From Haliotis rufescens (taxonomy: Eukaryota): DNA of 64,000 nucleotides. Under the pieces are notes generated by a model. The model had not been told where the DNA came from and searched no databases. It was given only the letters and a program-made list of their open reading frames with translations. Positions 37,548 through 49,638 of this stretch are shown piece by piece. The stretch covers positions 88,598,001 through 88,662,000 of the forward strand of contig NW_025963779.1 of the NCBI RefSeq assembly GCF_023055435.1. Reading direction: 5' to 3'. The translations under genes and the position numbers were made by a program. Numbering within the stretch: the first letter of the stretch is position 1; each line of letters opens with the position of its first letter.

Positions 37548-40500
37548 TCAGGTACCAACATAACAACATCTCATCCAGGTACCAGCACGGTAACAATATC
37601 TCAACCAGGTACCAACATCTCATCCAGGTACCAGCACAGTAACAATATCTCAACCAGGTACCAACACGGTAACAACATCTCATCCAGGTACCAGCATAAC
37701 AACATCTCATCCAGGTACCAGCACGGTAACAATATCTCAACCAGGTACCAACACGGTAACAACATCTCATCCAGGTACCAGCATAACAACATCTCATCCA
37801 GGTACCAACACGGTAACAACATCTCATCTAGGTACCAGCACGGTAACAACATCTCATCCAGGTACCAGCACGGTAACAACATCTCATCCAGGTACCAGCA
37901 TAACAACATCTCATCCAGGTACCAACACGGTAACAACATCTCATCCAGGTACCAGCACGGTAACAACATCTCATCCAGGTACCAGCATAACAACATCTCA
38001 TCCAGGTACCAGCACAGTAACAATATCTCAACCAGGTACCAACACGGTAACAACATCTCATCCAGGTACCAGCATAACAACATCTCATCCAGGTACCAGC
38101 ACAGTAACAATATCTCAACCAGGTACCAACAAGGTAACAACATCTCATCCAGGTACCAGCATAACAACATCTCATCCAGGTACCAGCACGGTAACAATAT
38201 CTCAACCAGGTACCAACACGGTAACAACATCTCATCCAGGTACCAGCATAACAACATCTCATCCAGGTACCAACACGGTAACAACATCTCATCTAGGTAC
38301 CAGCACGGTAACAACATCTCATCCAGGTACCAGCACGGTAACAACATCTCATCCAGGTACCAGCATAACAACATCTCATCCAGGTACCAGCACAGTAACA
38401 ATATCTCAACCAGGTACCAACACGGTAACAACATCTCATCCAGGTACCAGCATAACAACATCTCATCCAGGTACCAGCACGGTAACAATATCTCAACCAG
38501 GTACCAACACGGTAACAACATCTCATCCAGGTACCAGCATAACAACATCTCATCCAGGTACCAACACGGTAACAACATCTCATCTAGGTACCAGCACGGT
38601 AACAACATCTCATCCAGGTACCAGCACGGTAACAACATCTCATCCAGGTACCAGCATAACAACATCTCATCCAGGTACCAGCACAGTAACAATATCTCAA
38701 CCAGGTACCAACACGGTAACAACATCTCATCCAGGTACCAGCATAACAACATCTCATCCAGGTACCAGCACGGTAACAATATCTCAACCAGGTACCAACA
38801 CGGTAACAACATCTCATCCAGGTACCAGCATAACAACATCTCATCCAGGTACCAACACGGTAACAACATCTCATCTAGGTACCAGCACGGTAACAACATC
38901 TCATCCAGGTACCAGCACGGTAACAGCATCTCATCCAGGTACCAGCATAACAACATCTCATCCAGGTACCAGCACAGTAACAATATCTCAACCAGGTACC
39001 AACACGGTAACAACATCTCATCCAGGTACCAGCATAACAACATCTCATCCAGGTACCAACACGGTAACAACATCTCATCTAGGTACCAGCACGGTAACAA
39101 CATCTCATCCAGGTACCAGCACGGTAACAACATCTCATCCAGGTACCAGCATAACAACATCTCATCCAGGTACCAACACGGTAACAACATCTCATCCAGG
39201 TACCAGCACGGTAACAACATCTCATCCAGGTAACAGCACGGTAACAACATCTCATCCAGGTACCAGCATAACAACATCTCATCCAGGTACCAACACGGTA
39301 ACAACATCTCATCCAGGTACCAACATGGTAACAACATCTCATTCAGGTACCAGCACGGTAACAACATCTCATCCAGGTACCAGCACGGTAACAACATCTC
39401 ATCCAGGTACCAGCATAACAACATCTCATCCAAGTATCAACATGGTAACAACATCTCATCCAGGTACCAGCACGTTAACAACATCTCATCCAGGTACCAA
39501 CACGGTAACAACGTCTCAACCAGGTACCAGCACGGTAACAACATCTCATCCAGGTAACAGCACGGTAACAACAACTCAACCAGGTACCAACACGGTAACA
39601 ACATCTCAACCAGGTACCAGCACGGTAACAACATCTCAACCAGGTACCAACATAACAACATCTCATGAAGGTACCAGCACGATAACAACATCTCAACCAG
39701 GTACCAACACGGTAACAACATCTCAACCAGGTGCCAACACGGTAACAACATCTCATCCAGGTAACAGCACGGTAACAACATCTCAACCAGGTACCCACAT
39801 AACAACATCTCATGAAGGTACCAGCACGGTAACAACATCTCAACCAGGTACCAACACGGTAACAATATCTCATCTAGGTAACAGCACGGTAACATATCAT
39901 CTCATCCAGGTACCAACACGGTAACAACATCTCAACCAGGTACCATCATAACAACATATCATCCAGGTACCAGCACGGTAACATATCATCTCATCCAGGT
40001 ACCAACACGGTAACAATATCTCATCCAGGTACCAACACGGTAACAACATCTCAACCAGGTACCATCATAACAACATCTCATCCAGGTACCAACACGGTAA
40101 CAACATCTCAACCAGGTACCAGCACGGTAACAACATCTCATCCAGGTACCAGCACGGTAACAACATCTCATCCAGGTACCAGCATAACAACATCTCATCC
40201 AGGTACCAACACGGTAACAACATCTCATCCAGGTACCAGCACGGTAACAACATCTCATCCAGGTACCAGCATAACAACATCTCATCCAGGTACCAGCACA
40301 GTAACAATATCTCAACCAGGTACCAACACGGTAACAACATCTCATCCAGGTACCAGCATAACAACATCTCATCCAGGTACCAACACGGTAACAACATCTC
40401 ATCTAGGTACCAGCACGGTAACAACATCTCATCCAGGTACCAGCACGGTAACAACATCTCATCCAGGTACCAGCATAACAACATCTCATCCAGGTACCAA

Positions 40501-42650
40501 CACGGTAACAACATCTCATCCAGGTACCAGCACGGTAACAACATCTCAACCAGGTACCAACACGGTAACAATATCTCATCTAGGTAACAGCACGGTAACA
40601 TATCATCTCATCCAGGTACCAACACGGTAACAACATCTCAACCAGGTACCATCATAACAACATATCATCCAGGTACCAGCACGGTAACATATCATCTCAT
40701 CCAGGTACCAACACGGTAACAATATCTCATCCAGGTACCAACACGGTAACAACATCTCAACCAGGTACCATCATAACAACATCTCATCCAGGTACCAACA
40801 CGGTAACAACATCTCAACCAGGTACCAACATAACAACATATCATCCAGGTACCAGCACGGTAACATATCATCTCATCCAGGTACCAACACGGGAACAACA
40901 TCTCATCCAGGTAACAGCATGGTAACAACATCTCAACCAGGTACCATCATAACAACATCTCATCCAGGTACCAACACGGTAACAACATCTCAACCAGGTA
41001 CCAACATAACAACATATCATCCAGGTACCAGCATGGTAACAACATCTCAACCAGGTACCAACACGGTAACAACATCTCATCCAGGTACCAACACGGTAAC
41101 AACATCTCAACCAGGTACCAACATAACAACATATCATCCAGGTACCAGCACGGTAACATATCATCTCATCCAGGTACCAACACGGTAACAACATCTCATC
41201 CAGGTAACAGCATGGTAACAACATCTCAACCAGGTACCAACACGGTAACAACATTTCAACCAGGTACCATCATAACAACATCTCATCCAGGTACCAACAC
41301 GGTAACAATATATCATCCAGGTACCAGCAGGGTAACATATCATCTCATCCAGGTACCAACACGGTAACAACATCTCATCCAGGTAATAGCACGGTAACAA
41401 CATCTCAACCAGGTTCCAACACGGTAATAATATCTCATCCAGGTAACAGCACGGTAACAACATCTCATCCAGGTACCAACATGGTAACAACATCTCATCC
41501 AGGTAACAGCACGGTAACAACATCTCATCCAGGTACCAGCATAACAACATCTCATCCATGTACCAGCATGGTAACAACATATCAACCAGGTACCAACATG
41601 GTAACAACATCTCATCCAGGTACCAGCACGGTAACAATATCTCAACCAGGTACCAACATAACAACATCTCATCCATGTACCCGCATGGTAACAACATATC
41701 AACCAGGTACCATCATAACAACATATCATCCATGTACCAGCATGGTAACAACATCTCAACCAGGTACCAACATGGTAACAATATCTCATCCAGGTACCAG
41801 CACGGTAACATATCATCTCATCCAGGTACCAACACGGTAACAACACCTCATGAAGGTACCAACACGGTAACAACATCTCAACCAGGTACCAACACGGTAA
41901 CAACATCTCATCCAGGTACCAACACGGTAACAACATCTCATCCAGGTACCAACACGGTAACAATATCTCAACCAGGTACCAACATGACAACATCTCATCC
42001 AGGTATCAGCATGGTATCAACATCTCATCCAGGTACCAACACGGTAACAATATCTCATCCAGGCACCAACACAGTAATAATATCTCAACCAGGTACCAAC
42101 ATGACAACATCTCATCCAGGTACCAACACGGTAACAATATCTCATCCAGGTACCAACATAACAACATCTCTACCAGGTATCAACACAGTAATATCTCAGA
42201 CTAAGTATACGGCGTCCGGGTGGTGTATTCATGTTGATCTGCGGAATGGTATCTCGGAGGGCGAGAACTATATAATCGTTATGAGTACTTAAAAATCAAT
42301 AACATCACTAGGTACCAACATAGCAACGTCTCATCCAGTTACCAAACTGACAACAACATCCCACCCAGGTACCACCATGAAAATAACATCACCAGGTACC
42401 AACATAGCAACATCCCACCCAGGTACCAACATGGCAACATCTCTTCAAGGTACCAACATGATAACAACATCACCAGGTACCAACATAGCAACATCTCATC
42501 AAGGTACCAACATGGCAACATCTCTTCCAGGTACCAACATGACAACAACATCACCAGGAACCAACATGACAACAACATCTCTTCCAGGTACCAACATGGC
42601 AACATCTCTTCCAGGTACCAACATAGCAATGGCATGCTGTCAGGTACCTA
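37548..42650. repeat. 5-kb intergenic 30/27-bp satellite array (GGTACC in each unit) with a 291-bp higher-order unit
   Basis: ggtaccagcacggtaacaacatctcatcca; rare tctagg variant recurs at 38293, 38584, 38875. Confidence 0.97.
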
Positions 42651-43189
42651 TGGATGCTGAACGTCGTTGTTGTCATGAGATACATACTGATATCTAAAAA
42701 TGGACTTGGCAAACAAAATAGCCAAAAGATTAAATTGTTATCATGAAAGCTACACAAAATTCATGATTGTTACTTGTTATATATAATTTCAATTTAACCA
42801 TGTATTTTGTTGACCTTATGATACACCTATAACCTTTTATCATCATCTTTTTGTTGATAATAAAATTACACGATTATTCAATATCTAAACATAAGAAAAT
42901 GTCCTCTGTATTGGTTTATGAAAACAAATGTTTCATGACAATTTGTATTTTTTCCGAACCTCCCCCTCCAAATGTGTCAGTTGTCATGGTGACCCTGGCA
43001 ATCCTCTCTGATAATTTTGCATGTAATAAATGTCTGATACCACAGTATTTATACTTGGATATCAATCATCAACATTATAGTAACCTTATCATTTATAAAA
43101 CAAATATTTCAGTCCTGTCAAACGTCATTCGAGTAAGAGATCTGCAAAGCCTATCTTAGATAAGTACCAGTGATAAACAAGGCGACAGT

Positions 43190-43383
43190 CAGAAATAGGC
43201 AGTGTTCGGTGAGGTTGGTCACGTTGACCCGGTCATACCCTTCACCTCTGACCTGTCTGACCTAGATGTGAACCCACACTTGAACCCGGTAACGGCCTTG
43301 ACATTTATCGGGAATTGAACCATTTTCTCTCGAAGGCCAAGGGTCAAATTGTGTTTTAGACGCAGCTTTCGTCCACGGTAAGT
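43190..43383 (+). promoter_or_regulatory. Probable promoter/non-coding first exon of the zinc-finger gene
   Basis: Locally CpG-richer unique sequence ending in a strong donor CG|GTAAGT at 43377/43378; candidate acceptor tttctttgccag| at 49302; dense AGGTCA-type half sites. Confidence 0.5.
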
Positions 43384-46300
43384 CGTTTAAAACGCTTTAG
43401 GTAGCTTGTATTGATCTGTAGCGTGTAATAGAGACGTGTTTTAGTCGTTTTGACTTCTGTTAGTATCGACACAGAAACGAGGTCAACCTCCTCACTCTCG
43501 CAGTCACTCCGATGCCGTGTTGGGCGCACATCGTTTATTGGTGTTGATAAACAAGAGGAGACAATTTCCCAAATCGTTTAATTCAGTATCAGTTGTTATC
43601 GATTGTACCGTGTATTTCTGATACATAATCACAATGTGTTACACATAAGGGTCACATTATATAATTTATATCTTCCTCGGCGTATAACGAGGTATATATC
43701 TGCATTATGTGACAAGGTCTCCCGACTAGCGGCGATGTGGTCCGCCAAGCATGTTACAGTCAGGTGTGACAGTTCATTTTATACCCCTGTATAATTAAAT
43801 GCCCCGTATATTATGTCAGTACAGTCATACCAACGTTTAGGTTTCATTTTGTAGTTGAATAATCACACCATAACGTCCACTCTAATTATAGATACCCTTG
43901 AATTTGTAGCATATATGACACTACATGCAAAACAAGGTTAAATGCACATTATGGTAATTTTAATAATATGAATGATTAGAAATAAGCCTTTATTAAATTT
44001 TCCCCTTAAAATGTTCATTACAATGAGTGTTTTTTATTTATTAAATTCTGTCTGGTTCAAGGCCAGTCTGTTACCACGAGGGTCGCAGTCTATACATATA
44101 CATATCTAGGTAATATATGTCAGACTTTCACACCATTCAACTTGGCCCTCACATGGAGCTAGAAATGTCAAATTCTCTGTCAAAGGTATAATTCCTGTTG
44201 ATCAGCTGATTGAATATTCCGTAGCTCGTTATACCAGTAAATTAACTGCATGACTATTGTTCATCGTGTTTCTTCCTGTTTCCACCTGATCACGTTACTG
44301 TATCATGTGTATTGGGAATGAAAGTAGCTACCACACTTAAAATCATTTGTTCAAGTCCTTGCGCATTGTAATGTAATTCAGTGATCGAAATTGAGAGTGC
44401 TCTTTGAAATCTTAAGGCTAGGGACCTCTAAATCTGTAGCGTTTAACGTTTGGTTTTATGACCAGGACCCCTTGACTGTCATGCTAATTTCAAACACTTT
44501 AAATAATTCATTTCTTCCATTTTATTTTTCAAGTCATTGTTTGATGTGTATGAGTTCATCGAACGATTTCGTCACCTACAATAGTGCATTCAGTTATATT
44601 ATGTATTTAGTGATGAAAAACAATGTTTAGAAAATATAGAATCTAAGACTTTCATTCTACCTTAGTGACACTAAATGTATACATGGTACAAAAGATAATT
44701 CAGAAAACTAATAATACCTGTAATTTGTAAATAGAATATTTGTCATTTCTTGTCAAATAATCATTTTCCCCATCCAGTGACCAGTGACTTGATGTTTTCA
44801 AGAATAGCTCAATTGTCACAACAGTGCTCTATTATTTTATAATATGGGATGATAGTGAGGTATCTGCTTTTTACCTTTTTAACGCTGCAAATAAAACGAG
44901 GTGTAATCACATGCTTTTGTGATCCTGCTCTATGCGTACACTATGTGGCATAATGTGTGAGCCAAGTTTCCAAATATTTTCAATAGAAGCATGTGTATTG
45001 TGTGAATTGTGGAATGTAATTTTAATAACAAGCCTCAAGATTTGGAAACTGCTGTGTATTGTGACCATGCACCATTGCTAGAATCACTACCGATTCCCGG
45101 GGCACGGGACACTGGTTAGGCGCACCTAGGTGACGTCATCGTTAAAGCTGGTTAGTTTTCTTGTCTGATTCAATCCTAAATAGAAGCTTTTCTCTGCCTC
45201 TGTGGGAACACTTTTCCAAACATGTTGAGTTTTCTCAGTAAATGTGTCGCATCTGGACAAGAGCATCGAATACGAAATTTGTAAGTTGGAAGGACTTCCT
45301 AAATTATTGCGTAACATTTATTGTGTTTATTGTGTAAAGTCTGTGACACAATTCAGAATCCTGGTCAGCAAAGCGACCGACCATGTGATATTCTTTGGAC
45401 ATGCCTAGGATTTTATCTAAAAATAAATATTGTCTGTGAAAAAGAAACTGACTGCCACAATAACTACATTGTTGCTAAGGTGTTTTTAAAAAAATAAATA
45501 ATTCAGGCTCATAGATTTAAATAAAAAAATATCTGGGTTTTCCAGCTGAAGCAGTCAGTCCCTAAAGCCCAGGCCCTCTAATATGCATTATGGAAATGGA
45601 ACAGGGGAAGCATTGCCAAGCAATGGGACACTTCAAAGCTTTGTGTTTTCAGGGTCTGTCCTAAGTTATCCTAGGGTAATTCAGCTAATCAGTTGATTAT
45701 TAATCCTAGGTTTTCATAATCAAATCCATATTTTGTTTGTTTTTTATAAGAGATAAACCTACTGTGTTTTCAACATACAGCTGTGTTACCTGTACATTTA
45801 ACAGAGCTAAATTGAAATTAGAACTGAACATGCTGTATATCTATTCTAAGTAAAACACAAACTCTTTGCAAATGTTTATTGAGCATGTTGAGTGAGGCGG
45901 CATAGGATGAATCTATTGTTTTGAGTGGGTTGTTGATCTGAATTACAGAACAACACCTGCCTTTAAACAAAATAAGCTGCTGCATATTCTCCAGCATTTC
46001 TGTGCCACCACTACTTAAGATCACACGATAGGCATTAAAGAGCAAGTAAAGTGAAAAAGATGTTTACTGTTTTGTTGCGAATATCAATATTCCTAGATAC
46101 ATTTAGTTAATTTCCCAAAGAAAAAAATTCAAACTATTCGTAGAAAGTATTTAAATGTCATAGTGATAGTGCAGAAATAACAAGCTCTGCAATCCAGCTT
46201 CCAAAATAAACCTGTTTGGGGGCATGGCATAAGCTACTGGCGCAGCGTTGACAACTGCTTTCATTGGCTGATAGGTTTGCAACGTTTTTCTATCTTGTGA

Positions 46301-47186
46301 CTCTCAGCCATTATGCATATACTCGCTGACTTGGTTTATGCATGTTATTGTAACCCAATTTCGTGGATTGATGCTCATGATATCAGTCACTGGATTGTCT
46401 GGTACAGACTCGATTATTTATAGACTGCCATCATATAGCTGGAATATTGCTGAGTGTGGCGTTAAACAATAATCAAACAATAATTTCTGTTAGACCTACA
46501 AAAATAACAACATTGCATACATTGATCATTGTGTAAAATTACCTTTGATCTTGACATTGTGAATAATTAAAATAGCAATTAACAGTTGGTAAATAGCATT
46601 TAATTACTAACATCCTTTTTGGGTAATAAAACACCAGTTGCCCTTGGCCCTATTCCACACAATAAATGTCTGTCTAGGGATAAATCCCCTGAGTAAACAA
46701 CTGAAGGCATCTTCAGTGTTGTTCCTAAGGTGACATAAGTTGTGGACACGGTAATCAAATAGAAGAGCAGACAGAAAAAGACATGTATTAAACCATCCAA
46801 GGCAGAAGCAGGCAGACTGAACATAGGCCTGATCATCATGATCTTTGACATTGTGTCGCACATCAAGCAGCAGAAACATGTTTTAACCTCCTGTAAGAGG
46901 ATTCCCCCTACTGGGGGAATTTTTCGTATAGGGGATGATTTCATGTCTCCTTTTTATTGCCTTTTTTATGCTATTTCCGATTTTCAAGTTTAATTTTGGT
47001 CGAATATTTGCAAGAGTGGCAAAACCAGTATCAGAAATCAGAAATCAAACTGTAATCTAAACCAGGTGCTCCAAAAGGCACTCAAAAAAGCAAACATCCT
47101 TCATAAATAAAAAATAAAAGGGCAATAAAATCAAATTACAGAAAGGACACACTAAACTAAACTCTCACCTACACAAAATCAGAAAA

Positions 47187-47187
<1 letters not shown>

Positions 47188-47260
<73 letters not shown>
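47188..47260. repeat. (CT)n microsatellite
   Basis: Direct inspection. Confidence 0.95.
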
Positions 47261-47262
<2 letters not shown>

Positions 47263-47263
47263 G

Positions 47264-48444
47264 CATGTAGATCAGCTGCAGTCCATCCCACTTGGCAGAC
47301 GTCCGACATGTAGATCAGCTGCAGGCCATCCCACTTGGCAGATGTCTGACATGTAGATCAGCTGCAGGCCATCCCACTTGGCAGACGTCTGACATGTAGA
47401 TCAGCTGCAGGCCATCCCACTTGGCAGACGTCCGACATGATGATCAGCTGCAGGCCACCCCACTTGGCAGACGTCCGACATGTAGATCAGCTGCAGGCCA
47501 TCCCACTTGGCAGATGTCTGACATGTAGATCAGCTGCAGGCCATCCCACTTGGCAGATGTCTGACATGTAGATCAGCTGCAGGCCATCCCACTTGGCAGA
47601 CGTCTGACATGTAGATCAGCTGCAGGCCATCCCACTTGGCAGACGTCCGACATGTAGATCAGCTGCAGGCCACCCCACTTGGCAGACGTCCGACATGTAG
47701 ATCAGCTGCAGGCCATCCCACTTGGCAGATGTCTGACATGTAGATCAGCTGCAGGCCATCCCACTTGGCAGATGTCTGACATGTAGATCAGCTGCAGGCC
47801 ATCCCACTTGGCAGATGTCTGACATGTAGATCAGCTGCAGGCCATCCCACTTGGCAGACGTCTGACATGTAGATCAGCTGCAGGCCATCCCACTTGGCAG
47901 ATGTCCGACATGTAGATCAGCTGCAGGCCATCCCACTTGGCAGATGTCTGACATGTAGATCAGCTGCAGGCCATCCCACTTGGCAGACGTCTGACATGTA
48001 GATCAGTTGCAGGCCATCCCACTTGGCAGATGTCTGACATGTAGATCAACTGCAGGCCATCCCACTTGGCAGACGTCTGACATGTAGATCAGCTGCAGGC
48101 CATCCCACTTGGCAGACGTCTGACATGTAGATCAGCTGCAGTCCATCCCACTTGGCAGACGTCTGACATGTAGATCAGCTGCAGGCCATCCCACTTGGCA
48201 GATGTCTGACATGTAGATCAACTGCAGGCCATCCCACTTGGCAGACGTCTGACATGTAGATCAGCTGCAGTCCATCCCACTTGGCAGACGTCTGACATGT
48301 AGATCAGCTGCAGGCCATCCCACTTGGCAGATGTCTGACATGTAGATCAGCAGCAGGCCACCCCACTTGGCAGACGTCTGACATGTAGATCAGCTGCAGG
48401 CCATCCAACTTGGCAGACGTCTGACATGTAGATCAGCTGCAGGC
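47264..48444. repeat. 43-bp minisatellite, about 27 copies
   Basis: catgtagatcagctgcaggccatcccacttggcagacgtctga. Confidence 0.97.
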
Positions 48445-49069
48445 ATGCGTGGATGGTTGTACATGGCTGTTTGAAGCCTGAAGGCTGGCAGTAACGCTTG
48501 CATGCACACCCTGGATCCACTCATGTTTCTATACCATGTCAGAAATAACAAACATCAGAATGATGTGCATGAATGGTGTGACTTTATAGAAATAATATAC
48601 ATATTTGTTGTAAAATACATATAAACTGACACTTTGGTATTTCAGAAACACGATGTCTTTTTCTCTATCAAGTCTGGTCATGTGCAAATATCTATAAAAC
48701 TATAAAACGTGAATGTCTGAGAATAAGCAGTCTAGATTATCTGCCAAAACAGATTGGGCCTTAAGGGCAAAATACTGGTTAAGATTATATGAATGGATTA
48801 CTGAAAATCAGTGATGGTGCCAGTGGTCGCCCCAAGTCCTGAATTGGTCGCTTCAATAAGTTAAAAGTAATAATGATAGGTGTTTGCTATTCCCAGAAGT
48901 TCCATGGGCATGTGTTTATGAGAAGTAATATATTCATGGTTGCTCTTCCTATGGCATGCTTGGTTTTCATGATATTGTTTGTAATTTGCATTGTATTTCC
49001 ATAGTCAGTCATAGAGTTCCAGTGAATTGAAAATAGAAAAATTATTAAAATGAAACATGACAGGCAGAG

Positions 49070-49195
49070 TATGTCCCTCCTATTGACCATAACTATTGAA
49101 GGGACGTAACTCGAAATAGCCACTGGTGGAGCGATGCTCAAACCCAGAAATTCCGGCCTAGTTCGGCAAGGGTGGAAACTGGACTTTTGCAGTGA
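49070..49195. mobile_element. Fragment of the same MITE family
   Basis: Shares gaagggac.taactcg.aatagccactggtgg and ggcaagggtggaaactggactttt with 54890-54985. Confidence 0.7.
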
Positions 49196-49638
49196 GATGG
49201 GAGAATATTCTGTGTTAGGATGTATGTTTCTAAGAAAAATACACAAAAACAGCTGATCTTAGAACATGTAATAATTGCTGTTTCTTTTGTTTTCTTTGCC
49301 AGGTAGTGACGTGTAATAACAGGATGGGCTGCAATCCTATTCTCGGTGAACGTTGGAGATGGTGATGTGGTGTGTCCTTGTTTCTCCCTACCATGAATAA
49401 TCAGATGGACAAAGCTAGGCAACCACACAATGTAAACATTAGCTGGTGAGGAAAACCACATCAGATGGAAATATGCCTTCAAGAAGATAAACATGATATG
49501 AAAATAAGCTTTGAGTTAGTATCCTTGAGACAACAGCACAAGGAGTAACAGTTTCCAATACATACAAACTTCAAAAGTCTGGATATAGGTGTGGGAAGAT
49601 CTGTAGATGTGGTAAATGCCAATCGATTCTGATCAAAG

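Noticed and set aside
37495-42757. WYLDEMLLPC, RCCY and TTSHPG repeat ORFs as proteins
   Set aside because: Open in several frames on both strands because the unit length is divisible by 3; frameshifted; no unique termini
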